64,000 nucleotides of DNA from the human T2T-CHM13v2.0 reference genome, Homo sapiens, in the NCBI RefSeq assembly GCF_009914755.1, contig NC_060947.1; one strand, written 5' to 3'. The position numbers were made by a program, and so were the translations under genes. Positions 27,118 through 40,633 of this stretch are shown piece after piece (positions within the stretch are counted from its first letter, which is position 1; each line of letters opens with the position of its first letter). The notes beneath the pieces were generated by a model that ran no database searches, was not told where the DNA came from, and saw only the letters and a program-made list of their open reading frames with translations.

Positions 27118-27360
27118 ACAGTGTGGAAAAGTGTGGCCTTTGAAGCCAAATACACCTATATTTAAATGCCAGCTTTGCTATTTATTGGCTGTATGAATTT
27201 TGGTATATAATAACCTCTTTGAGTTATTCAATTTTCTCATTTTTAAAATGAAGAAATAACACCTACCTCAAAGAGTACTGAGGTTTAAATGACGTAGTCT
27301 ATGTAAAAGATGTACTAAGTCACTGGCACTTAGTACATTCTAGTTCAGTGTTGGCTATTA
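27118..27360 (+). mobile_element. MIR SINE
   Basis: MIR-like core (ttttctcatttttaaaatgaagaaataacacctacctca...ctggcacttagtac). Confidence 0.65.
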
Positions 27361-30089
27361 TTAGTACCACCACCACCTATAAAGAAGAGTTGTAGTCAGG
27401 GGGTGATAATATATGCAAAGATCATAGTAGAAGCTAATTATTGTTACAACCAGGCATCATGCCAGTAACCTGCAATTAATTAATACTGTAATTGAAGTTC
27501 AATGAAATAATGTATTTTTGAGGCATTCCAATTTAATTTCACTGAAATTACATAACGAAATTAGAGAAAAATAAAAGATTACCGAGAAAATGTATATAGA
27601 AATAAAGAGCCCAAGAATGGGCAGCTGAACTCAACATGGCCTGCTCATACAAAAATTTCTGATTGTAGAGTGCTTTGTCTTAATATACTTGGATGCCCCA
27701 TTCTGATCATTAAAAAAAGTCATACTTCTGAAATGTAGAACTCCACATAATTTCCATTTGGTTATACATGATATTTTATTAGGACTTAGCAGTATCTGAA
27801 TTTCTGAAGACTTTAAGAATAGTATTTGGCACATGGGCACAATAAATATTTCTCAAATGAATAAATGAAGGAAATCACCCTAGTTAATAAAACTTGATCT
27901 CAGGCAACTGCTACTACTCTTAAACTTTTGTGTCATATGTAAATTTAGGGGCACGGCCAGAAATATTGTAGGTCTCCTTTTTTTTCCTCTTCCTCCTTTT
28001 CAAGACCTAAGAAAGATACATTTTATTTAAGATCAGATATTTCCTTTTTATATGTTTGTATAGATTAAACATTTCTATTGAAAACTGTTCTATGAACAAA
28101 AAGTTCATAGGTTGTTGCCTGAATGAAAAACCAAATCAAAATATATAGAGAAAATATTTTTCAATGAATAAAATGCCTTAATTCTTTTTGGACAAACTTG
28201 CCTAAATTTAGAGGTTTCATTATGTGTGGGCTGAAAGGGCAGATGAAAGATCACATTTTAAAATTTTATGTTTCAATGACTCCTTTCTTTCTTACTTCCT
28301 TACAAGTGTTTTGCAGTGCTAGAAGTATGCAAGTAGAGTTTTAAAAGATTTTAGTCCTTTTTAGCTTTGAAGTCCAGGAATTTAAACTATACCTTGTTCA
28401 AGCTTGTTCCTTTTGGCCAAGATATATCTTTGCTGAACAATGATTTGTTAAAATAGGATTTCTATTATAAGCCAGGATGTCAGCAATACTAATAGTATTA
28501 GAATGAATGAGCTTAGAAAACTGGGTTAAGAAATGATCAGGAAGAAAGTAAGGAGGTTGGATAGTCCACTATAAATAATATTAAAATAGCTGAAAATTTT
28601 CTGTAAGGGTAGATAGCAACCTTTTGACTTTTTAATGTTATGTGGTTAAAAAAAATCGTGTATTTTAAAATTGGAAATAATATGGGTTTGTATTTCTTGA
28701 TCATTATCTAAATCTACAAACATTTAACCAAAATGGTGATGGCATGAGCTACAAAGATCTGGCTCTAAAATAATTTATTTTGGCCTTTTTCAAAACCGAA
28801 CAAATATCACTTCTGGGTTCGTGGCACATCATTTTTCAATGGCCCATTTTTCCCCTTTCCTTTCATAATTATGTAGCCCTGGAGTGAGAGTAGGTATGTG
28901 TATACATGTGCACCTATGTGCCTATTTCAGTAGTGTACTAAGTCCTGTCTAGAGTAGAGAAACCTATATAACATACAGCAATCCCTATCTTTTGGTTAAT
29001 TTCATTTTAAGAATCGGTCAGAGCAAACATTTTCTTTTTTACCACCTTTGTTTTTAGATCACTGCACAGCTCATTCTGGAAGGAACAAAGAAACAGAAAT
29101 AGCATAGTCTTTGATCCTGGGAAACTTCTAATGTACAATAAATGTAAAACTAGATATTTGTACAAACAGTAACCATTCATGCTGTGCCTATTAAGTGTCA
29201 GCCACTTTTCATACTGACTTGATTTGGACATTGCAGCAGCATCTCTAGGTTAGATGTTATTAACCAATTTTAAAGATGAAACAGATTAAAAGGACTTACT
29301 AGTAAATGACAGATTCAAAACTCAGAACCCAGGGTCCTCTGAATCAATAGACCATGCATTTTCTCTCAAACATATGGTCTCTCAAATTAAATAAGAACAC
29401 CTACCCAATAGTGACCCTTATTTTTCTCTAGTTCATCTTACCTGAGTTCAAAGAAGTGCTTTTCTACTGATCAAAAAAGGATAAAAACAGGGTTGCCACA
29501 TCCATACATGGTTGTGTAGGTTAGCAGTACATAACCTGCACAACTCTATATTGTGTCATTGGATAAGTAAGGACATAGAGTTGCAAACCTAGGGCAAGTA
29601 AAAGGAATCTTTATAACACCCCTATTTTTGTTTATTCAATAGAATTTGGAAAATTAGAATAAATTAATATTTTTAAATGATTTTTAAATTTTCATATTTA
29701 GGTAATGCAAATGTTTATGCTGAAGACTATATTTGAAGTTATGAACAACTTAGGTTTAATATTTTAAAACAGTATGTTTGTATGATTTTTTCATTTTTAA
29801 TCTAGCAACTAATATGAAATTTTAGTGGCAAATGAGCACATAGATTATATTACAACATTTTACAAATAAAAATACATTTTTAGTATCTTAGAACGTGAAA
29901 CTAGTTGACATTTAATTAGCTCCTATTTATGCTAAAAGAGAGGATAATGCTAAAATAGTAAATAAATATTTTTATATTTATTTGACATAATTTTTTGTGC
30001 CTGGTTTACCGTCTTAATTATGTTTAGGACATAATTCTTAAATTGATCTGTTGAATCCTTAAGCTCATGATTGAGGCAAACCTATTAAC

Positions 30090-30445
30090 AAGTTCATCAA
30101 ACCTGTGAACAGGAAGAGCCAGGAAAACACTGAAAAACTATAAGGGAAGATTAACTTTACCAGACATTAAAATATTATAAAACCTCTATCATAAAAACAG
30201 TATGGTGCTGGCCCATGCATAGACAGATATACCAGTGGAATAGAATAGAAAGCCTAGAACTAGATCCTGGCACATATAGAAATTTACTATATGATAAAGG
30301 TTGCATCTCAGATCATTGGGGAAAAGATGTTTGTCCATTGCCATTTGGAAAGAGAGACAGTTAAATACCTTGCAGCTTACACAAGAATAGCCTCCAAGTG
30401 GATTAGGTATCTAAGTGTAAAAATTGAAGCCACAAAAGTACTAAA
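30090..30445 (+). mobile_element. Ancient L1 ORF2 fragment (L1M)
   Basis: Degenerate ORF2 motifs aaaacagtatggtgctgg...cagtggaatagaatagaaagcctagaa. Confidence 0.7.
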
Positions 30446-31847
30446 AAACCCAAGATTTTTACATTGGTATGTATTTCTAGGGAAAATTTCACATACAATA
30501 GGAAAATTTTCTTCTAACATGGCAGACTCTCCCCCACCTCATTTTGCAGATGTGATTATTTGCAGGTAACAGGCATAGGGGAAATCAGTTCTCCCTCAGT
30601 ATTCACAATCTTGTCACCAGCTACATGTATTCTCTTTAAAACATCACTGGCAAAATTATAAATTTATGCTGTTATTACCTTTTAAGAGTAGACTCACTCC
30701 TAATTACCATGATTTGTTTATATACATTAACAAACAGTTCTACCCTAAATTTTATCATACGAACTTTAGTGTCAATTAGTCTAACTTCATAAAATATCAA
30801 AGGTAACTCCGATTTCATGACGGTGAGATATGGAAAGTATGTTAAATTCTACTGTGACTATGACTGATGATCGTAAAGTTTAGTTATAGAGAGAAAAGAG
30901 TTAATTGGTGATTCTTCACTAAATGTAAGTTTCAGAAGGAAAAGATCTTACATAAAATTTATAGAAACCCACAAAAGTTAACTTTAAATCTATATTGAAT
31001 TTTAAAATAAAGCAGAAAGGATGCTCATTATGCCAGCATGTATTAAATACCTTCTGTGAACTAGGTTCTATTCTGATAATACAAAAATGGCATTTAGTCC
31101 CATAGCTGGTCTTACTATTAATAAGTATCTGATAATTAAATGCAGAATCTTACCCTAAATAAGGGTTATTGACTCCAATGTGTAAGTTTCTGTTCTTTAT
31201 ACAGCTGCTATGTTATATTTCATGTATACCACATGCTACTTGGCAGAACAAAGGGTAAACTACAGTACATTTTAAGTAACTACTTCCAAAAAATAGCATT
31301 GTATAGCAAACAGTTCCACATGGGATCTTTCATTGCAGCTTCTATTTTCATAAATAGAAACATGCAGCAATATGTAGCTAAGTAAACAAAATTGCAAGAA
31401 TAGCTTAATTAGTTGAAAGATCCAGTGTACCTAATCACTTACCTTTCATAGAATTTGCTTTGAAGAAAAAAAATAGCCTATTCTGGGATCCATAGAGGAG
31501 AGATGCAAGATGCTTCTATAAGAAACAGTGGCTCACTAAAGCCTAACTTCTTAAGGAGTAAAGCAGGAGAAAGGGGGATGATGAGATTTTATCAGAAGCT
31601 AGGGTTTATGTGTGTACAGTTTTTAAAAAGTCCCCTAAGTGTCTTTTAACAGGACGATATTTAAAATTTAATGTTCTGTCTGTCATTTTTTCCCTTTTGT
31701 GGCTACTCGTTGTATCTTGCTTGGGAAGACATTTTCCATCCCTATATTATATAAATCTTTTCCTGTATATTGTCCCAATATATTCATTTCTTAAAACCTT
31801 TAGTTAGCTTTTTATTATGTAATTTAAAAAAATGTGCAGTATATTCT

Positions 31848-33080
<1,233 letters not shown>

Positions 33081-33280
33081 TTGATTATGATGATTTTGAA
33101 TTGTTCTAAATGTGCTCTGCATTTGACAAGGTCTGGTTAATTGATATATTAACTTTCAAATTTGTAATTAAGTTTTATAATTAAAAATAAATATATTTAT
33201 ATAAAATCCTAACGGTTCAGAAAAGTTAGTTTTAGGAAATGATCATTCATGATTCCTGAGGCTTAAGGGTTTAGCTTGCT

Positions 33281-33353
33281 GTGTAGATTCTACATAGCAG
33301 AGTAGCGTGTAGATTCTACATAGCAGAGTAGCATATAGACTCTACAGAGCAGG
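33281..33353. repeat. 26-bp tandem repeat (2 perfect copies + 1 degenerate)
   Basis: gtgtagattctacatagcagagtagc at 33281 and 33307; degenerate third copy at 33333. Confidence 0.9.
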
Positions 33354-33691
33354 CCCAGGGTCCCCAGCCCTTGGGCTATGAAACTGTACTGGTTCATGGC
33401 CTGTTAGGAAAATGGGCGGCACAGCAGGAGGTGTGTGGCTGATGAACGAGCACTACAGTCTGAGTTCTGCCTCCTATCAGATGACCGGTGCCATTTTAGA
33501 TTCTCATAGGAATGCACACTGTGTTGTGCACTGAGCATGTGAGGGATCTAGGTTGTGCACTTCTTATGAGAATATAATGCCTGATGATCTGAGGTGGAAC
33601 AGTTTCATCCTGAAACCATCCCCCCATTGCCCACAGAAAAAGTATCTTCCACAAAGCCGGTCCCTGGGGCCAAAAAGGTTGGGGACTACTG
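33350..33691 (+). mobile_element. MER1B (hAT-Charlie MITE)
   Basis: Termini cagggtccccagcc...aaggttggggactactg and internal MER1B motifs (tggcctgttaggaa; gaggtggaacagtttcatcc). Confidence 0.88.
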
Positions 33692-36565
33692 ATGTAGAGG
33701 ATGAGTTTTCATCTTTTATTTGAACTTGGTGACTTAGTTTACCAAGTAACTTGCTTTCAGATCTTGTAATAAAAATGTAGTTTTAGCCATAAAACATCTA
33801 ATTCTGTTTTGAGCTGGTAGCAGTTTATATATATATGTACTGATGATATGATTAACATTTTTATTGAACTGCTCAGGAGTCTAACTATGTATCTCCATTA
33901 TTTAGAAATTTTCTGAAAACTGTTTCATGCATTCCTTTGGAAATTCATAAAGTAAGCTTCTGAGAATAAAGAAATTGAGAGATATGACCACTGGACCACT
34001 CCTAGCTGGGCCAAAAAGTATTCCATAAAGTTTATGATCTCCCCTCTCCATTCCTTTCTGTCAAGATCAGAAGAGGTAGGAGTAGGGGAGTCAATATCAT
34101 GTCTCTTTAGTTTGTAGAAATCATGATTTGAAATACAAGTTTGTAATTTTCTTGAGGTCTTCTGAATATTAATCCTGTTGCCAAATCACAGATCACTTTC
34201 CCTGTACATATTTAAAGGAAATATTTTTATTTCGTTAGCTAATGTAAGTCCTGTTTTTTAAAAAACGAAAGTTGTTCTTTATGCTGTCTTCTTTTTTTCT
34301 TAACAATTAAACCATGAAACAACCATAAGTTGAAAAGTTTCATTGATTCTGCTCCTCATTGTAACAGTTGGTGATTTGGTGGCATTAGTAGGTCATAGTC
34401 ATAGAGTAACAGTACTCTTCTCCAATTTGACAGACTAGGTTAAGGCTTTTGGTTTTGGAATATAGATTAGAACTATATTATTTCTAAAATAAATCTTAAT
34501 GCTGTAAGATGTTTGGAAGCAAATATAAAACTGTAGTTAATGTTGCACTCAGGAATTATTAGAAGGTTGAAGTGAAGGACAAAAGAAATAAATTTTATTA
34601 CAGAAAACATGTCTCCTAATTAAGTATTCATTAACTGCCCAAAGTTGAACTTGTTAACCTCAAGGTTGGAATATACTCTATGTGTTGGAGAATAGATGCC
34701 ATAGTAGAACCTTTGGTAGTTAAGACAGATGTACCTGGGCTATATTTCTTCCAGAGAATACTAGTTTCTCAAGATCAGCTATTCTGTTTCCTATGCTATG
34801 CTTTTTATTATTCTCTAGTTTCTTTTTCTTTTTCTATTGTGTTCTCACAAGATTATCAAGAACCCCTCACCCCCTCCTATTCAAGCAGAAATTTTGGTTG
34901 TTTTTCCCTCCTTCTTGGCAAGATTTGGGATTGTCATGAAAAGTAATGAAATCAGCTCTTTTATATATAAAATTTTCCATGGATGACATGACTCAGTTTT
35001 GAATAGAAATGCAAGGTTCCATTTTGAATTCTTTACCTTTTTTGGATTATAGCACTGCTAGGTCAAGATCAGAGCGCTTTGTTCATAAGTAAAGTGTATA
35101 AAACGTAACAGGAACTTAAAGTTTCCTTTATCATTATTGAATGAATCACACACTTCTTAAATTTTTAATCTGTGGTGCTATAACCAAAAGAACATGTTTC
35201 CTGGGAGGCTGCTGACAATAAAAAGTAATTGTAGATTTTCTTATGTTGTTACATATTTTAGTATATTTCTTATTTTCTTTTTTAAAATAAAAAGTTCTTA
35301 TTCACTCTAGGATCCTTAGAAATTTTTTCCATTTCTAGAAAAATATCTTGAATTCAGTAGCCTGCTGTTTAAAGTTATCATGAGTAGTGAACTGTTGCCT
35401 TTGGGAAAGGAGCATTTTGATCCAACTATGCATTTTAAATAGAAAGATAATATTCATCTTTCCCATATACATTAATTTAGAAATGTCTACCAATATTTTC
35501 TATACCTTTCACAATGATTATTTGCAATTCTTATCAACATTAGCTTTTACTTTTTATATTTATAATATTTGCAATATATAGTGCAGGAAATTCCCATTAA
35601 CCTGTGGCTACTCAGGATGACTCTCACTGAGTTGTTGGTTTCTTTCACAGGTTGATTTACAGCTGTCTTGAGTATAATTCTGTGTAGCAGGCAATGGTAG
35701 TGTATTTATATGTATACAGATCTTGCATCCATCAGGTTCTTCTCATTGAAACACACCAGCGGAGAGCTTACTAAAAGATTGTTTGCACAGCTGCTTTCAG
35801 GCAGTGACCAAAGTTTCCTAGGAAAGTGAGTGAAAATACACTTGTTGAGCCAAGCTCAGAAGTTTCTTGGATAGTGCTTTACATAATATAAAGTCATTAC
35901 ATGTGTTGGATCTTTGCCCTTATCTAACCTCCCCCAACCTCCACTCCACTCCACTCCACGTTCTTTTTTGTCTTGCTTAGTCTCCTTTCCCTAGGAGAAG
36001 AGCTTTTGTTTACCCTTTTATGTCTTGTGAAGTCACTAAAAAAGATTTGTCTTCTCATATGACATCAGTATCTAAGGACCTTCAATTACATATCATGTTA
36101 GTTTTTTTTTAATTCTGAGACCTAAGTGAAGATGATGTCCATATATTTTTGTCCTCTTATAGACTCCTATCTATGAAACTAGGTTTTTCAGCAGTAATGT
36201 AATCACAGGAGAATCGTAAGAACATTAAGCTCCTTTAACTGTTGGGTTGCCAACAATATGAATGTGGTGTTAAATCATGTCTTGGACTTTACAAATATCA
36301 TCTAAAAGTTAGTTCTTAAATTCCTGGCAAGGAATTTACACTGTGCTAAGAAACAGATGTTATGGAGATTAATTTGTGACTGGAGAAGAAATGTCTCTGT
36401 GGTAAGAGATGAGTACAGGTTCTGGGCAATCCATTTGACTTTTAAATGTAAGAATGGAATTCCAAACACTTAACACATTCAGCTATATGACAGAAAGTAA
36501 ATCTATGGATATGGTATTTTGTGAATGATCTTTTAAATAAAAGAAAACCTTACATAAAAAATGAA

Positions 36566-36569
<4 letters not shown>

Positions 36570-36611
<42 letters not shown>
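36570..36611. repeat. (TA)n microsatellite
   Basis: About 20 TA units directly visible. Confidence 0.95.
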
Positions 36612-36614
<3 letters not shown>

Positions 36615-37358
36615 TGTCAGACTGTTTCTTAGTCACAGTATTAGTCAAGGTTTGCTATCCACTCTCCCCACCATCCTGATTCAAATGCATCTGCAGAAGT
36701 TTTTGCTCCTTCCTTTCTGAGTTTCAGGTATTTCTTCTGATTCCTATCCACTTGTAAAATTTGGAGTCTAGAGGGAACCAAGGGAAAGCAGTGATTACAA
36801 CTGACATCTTCCAGTTTGATTGGTGAAAGGAGAAACCTCACTTCCTTAATGAACATTGATCATAGTAAAATGCTGTCATAACTCAGGAGAATTTTGCTAA
36901 GCAGAGAGGAATTACAAAAAATATTAGAATACATATTTTCAGAGTTCTTTGAGAAATATTTGATAAGGAACATGAACTTGTTTGTGGTTTCTTTTTTGAT
37001 AGAGCTTCTGCAACATTCTTTTAGAATTAATAACAGTATTGTGAAGGTTGAGGCTAATTTTTCGTTTAGCCTGGTGAATTTCTCCACAGGCTTCACTTTT
37101 GGGAAAATAAGGAAGTTCTCTAAGTATCCATAAAACATGAAATTAGGGATTTATTCAAATAAACATAATTAAAATTATTTTGGAATAGACTTTTTCTCTC
37201 CATTTAGTTGTAATAATTTGTCTAGCTTACAGTTCCTTTGTTGTCTATAGATGTCTGAGAAATATTTGTTAATTCTTGGGTATCATTATATATTTTCTAA
37301 TTGGGGCTGGCAATTACAAAAACGGCATAGCTAAATAATCTAGAAACATAAGCCTAAT

Positions 37359-37359
37359 T

Positions 37360-37397
<38 letters not shown>
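37359..37397. repeat. (TG)n microsatellite
   Basis: Directly visible. Confidence 0.95.
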
Positions 37398-37400
<3 letters not shown>

Positions 37401-37477
37401 ACCAATTATCATTATTGTCCTATTTGATGACTTCATCACTTATTGAAAAAAATCAAGTCTCTTTTTGCCTTTGACAA

Positions 37478-37617
37478 GTGTTGCTCTAGTAATGTGAATA
37501 TTTTGGAGCTTGTTAGAAATACAAAATCTCAGGCCACACTCCAACTAAATCAAAATTTACTACAGTTTAATCAGATCCCCAGATGTTTTATATGCACATA
37601 AAATTTAAGAAGCAATG
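37478..37617. mobile_element. MER5A-like DNA transposon relic
   Basis: ggagcttgttagaaatacaaaatctcaggcc...cagatccccag...atgcacataaaatttaagaagc. Confidence 0.65.
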
Positions 37618-38117
37618 GAAAACTGACATTGTTTTGAGTAGTAATTAGAAATTTGTAATTAATTTATAATTTTAAAATAAAATTGGAATTATTTTGAGAA
37701 AGTCTTATAAATTTTAGGAGAATAAAACAGGGCCTTCAAAATAGGCTGTTTTCCTGGGTTAAGTAAAATTTACTTCATAGGTGAAAAGAAATTATTTGGC
37801 TTTTAATTTCATTATGCTATGTTACAAATTGATTCTGATATATAAAGCAAAACAAAAAATTGAGTATCACCACTTATATTATTTTTAGGAAACATGATCA
37901 GAAATGGCTGTTGTACGAATGTAGGATTCTTTTTATCCTAACATTAAATCCTTACTTGTGATAAGATACTAACATTCATAGCTTTATTTTAACTTTAATA
38001 TTCAATAAAAGTAATGATAGTTTAGTGATTAGATGGAGAGTACATGTTGACTAAGTATTTCAGTTAGCCTAGTATTTTAGAACACGTTTTAAGAGTCAAA
38101 AAATTCTAAAGCACCAA

Positions 38118-38122
<5 letters not shown>

Positions 38123-38149
<27 letters not shown>

Positions 38150-38216
38150 TTGACTCTGTAAACTTATTGAGTAGTTAATAATGCTGACATTCATTTATAG
38201 TGGGCAAATGTGTGTT

Positions 38217-38248
<32 letters not shown>
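38123..38248. repeat. Two (TG)n microsatellites (38123-38148, 38208-38248)
   Basis: Directly visible. Confidence 0.9.
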
Positions 38249-38859
38249 GATTTGAAATGATGAATAAGATTTGTTTTGTATTAGGGAAGGATCACAGGGG
38301 ATATATTTAGATTAAGTTTAATAGTAGATGGTGCCCTTTGTTTCTGCAGTACTTTTATACTAAACTTTTCTTTTGTGGAGATTATTTCAGTCATATTTAA
38401 TAAGATGCATATGTCTGAATTAATATGATCGGCTGTAACTTCTAATGGCAGTTTTTTTACCTCTATATTACTATACAGTTTTTTCTGGAATTACCACTTT
38501 TGAAGGTAATTTACCTTTTACCACATTTTTCTGTTGATTTTGAATTCTTTTTCAGGAGACAATGGATATAGTTCTAAATAATGTATGAAATAAGTTCTAC
38601 TTGTAGATCTTTTCCTTAACTTCCCTTACTAAGAGGAGAGTAAGAGGAATTTTAGATAGGCGTAGAGGAATAAAATGGCCAAAGAAAGATCATGTGTAGA
38701 AAAGCTTCAACTTGCATAGCTAAAATAGCGAACCAAGTGGAGATGCCAAGCACGAAGATTACAACCAAAGATGATCCTTTCTGCGGCAAAAGGCAAACTG
38801 GCCACAAGTCACTGTTCTACACGTTGAAACCAGAGAAGAGTTTTTCAGAACGTGAGTCT

Positions 38860-39295
38860 GAACACAGCCTTCAGTCATGGTGGCCTTCTTTCAGTGCCTC
38901 ATACTCTCACTCCTGTCTCCAAGCTGCTGAGTCCTTGCTGTTTTCAGGGTCTAATACTCTTTCCTCCCTCTTTGGCTAGTTAACTCCCAGTCATCTCTAG
39001 ACCTCAGTTCTTGCCACACTTCTCCCAGAAAACTTACTCCTGATCTCTCTGACATGGTCAAATCACCATATTATGGGCTCCTGGAGCACCATGCCAGGTA
39101 CCTTTACTTTCCTTCAATTACTTGTTAGGGTTGTTTGTGTGATTACTTACTTAACATGATTCTCTCTCAATAAACTATTACCTCAGTGAAAGCAGGGGCC
39201 ATGTCCGTTTCTGCTCACTTTTCTTCTTTACTCCCTAGAATAATGCCTGGCTCAAAAATAGGCATTCAACAAATATTTGTTCAATTAATAAATAA
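38860..39295 (+). mobile_element. L2 LINE 3' fragment
   Basis: Ends tgcctggctcaaaaataggcattcaacaaatatttgttcaattaataaat (L2 terminus). Confidence 0.65.
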
Positions 39296-40169
39296 AAGTT
39301 GGTATCAGGAATTAGAAAAGCAGTGAGATGAGCATCCTGATACTAGGGACAGGAAGGGAAGCATTCCTTAGGAAAATCATATAGAAGTCTGTGTTGTAGA
39401 AGAATAAAGAACAGGCAGTTATTGACTTTGGAACCTAGTTTAAATCTAAAAATATCAGGAGCATTAGGGAAGCCTGGGACTGAGATAAGCCAAGATTAGA
39501 CGTGTCCTCAGAAGTAAAGTTGGATCAACAAGTTTGCCCTTTACAATGGCAAGTCTCCAGCATTGTTCTCATTACCACTTCCTCTTACCTCCCACCTGGA
39601 AGACTGTCTCCTCTTGCCCGTGGGCAAGTCCTCCTTGGAGAAGATAGTTTCTCCTGGCACCTTGGCAAAGATGACTGACTAATTCTTCATGACACGAATT
39701 ACTTTAAAATTCATCTAGATGTCATTTAGATACAAAATTCTTTTTTCCCTTGATATTTCTAGTGTACAATTTTCAGCATGTCCTCACTCAATATTGCTTA
39801 GATATTAAATGGAAATATTTAAAAAGATAGCCGTGTTAAGTCCCATCATGATTAGGCAATTTTTTCATGGTGAATTAGGATTGGGTAAGACATCATACTG
39901 ATGACTTCTATGTAGAATATGCTAAATTTAGCAAATCATTGCCACTAGTGGTTTCTTTGTATTCAATAGAAAAGAAAATTGTATATCTATTAGTGAAGTT
40001 TGATTACACATAGGTGGACATAGCATTCGTAATCAGATGTAAAATAGTAACTTACAGCTGTGGCTTTCACATACCCATATGCCTCCCAAAATGCTTAGGT
40101 CTAATTAAAATTTGAAAGGAGCAAATTTAGGCTATTTAAGGTTAATCTGTTGGTTAATTTGTACTTCTT

Positions 40170-40625
40170 ATTATAGTAAAATATAGATAACATAAAATTT
40201 GCCATTTTAACCATTGCATTTTTAAGTGTAAAATGCACATATCATCAAACGTACTATCTTAACCATCTTTAAGTGTACAGTTCACTGGCATTAAGTACAT
40301 TCACATTTTTGTGCTACTGACCTCAGCATCCATTCACAGAATTCTTTTCATCTTGCAAAACTGAAACTCTTTACTCATTAAACAACAATCCCTATTATTC
40401 CTCCCCTCAGCCTCTGGCAGCCCCATTCTACTTTCTGTCTCTGAATTTGACGACTGCATGACGACTGCATGCCTCATATAAGTGGAATCATACAGTATCT
40501 GTCCTTTTGTGAATGGCTTATTTCACTTAGCATAATGTCTTCAGGGTTGATCCATGCAGTACCATGTATCAGCACTTTCTTTTTAAGGCTGAATAAAAAT
40601 GTATACACATTTTAAAATGTGTATA
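40170..40625 (-). mobile_element. L1MB 3' end (host element, first part; resumes at 48820-48992)
   Basis: Reverse-strand L1MB 3'UTR (cataaaatttgccattttaacc...cctcatataagtggaatcatacagta...ttttaaggctgaata); the consensus continues after the L1MA insertion. Confidence 0.85.
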
Positions 40626-40633
40626 CAACATTT

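Noticed and set aside
28090-28110. Small hairpin ctatgaac-aaaaa-gttcatag
   Set aside because: An 8-bp stem is expected by chance in 64 kb of AT-rich DNA; too short for a miRNA or snoRNA.
33281-33353. Palindromic direct repeats superficially like a CRISPR array
   Set aside because: No spacers, fewer than 3 full copies, mammalian intron, no cas genes.
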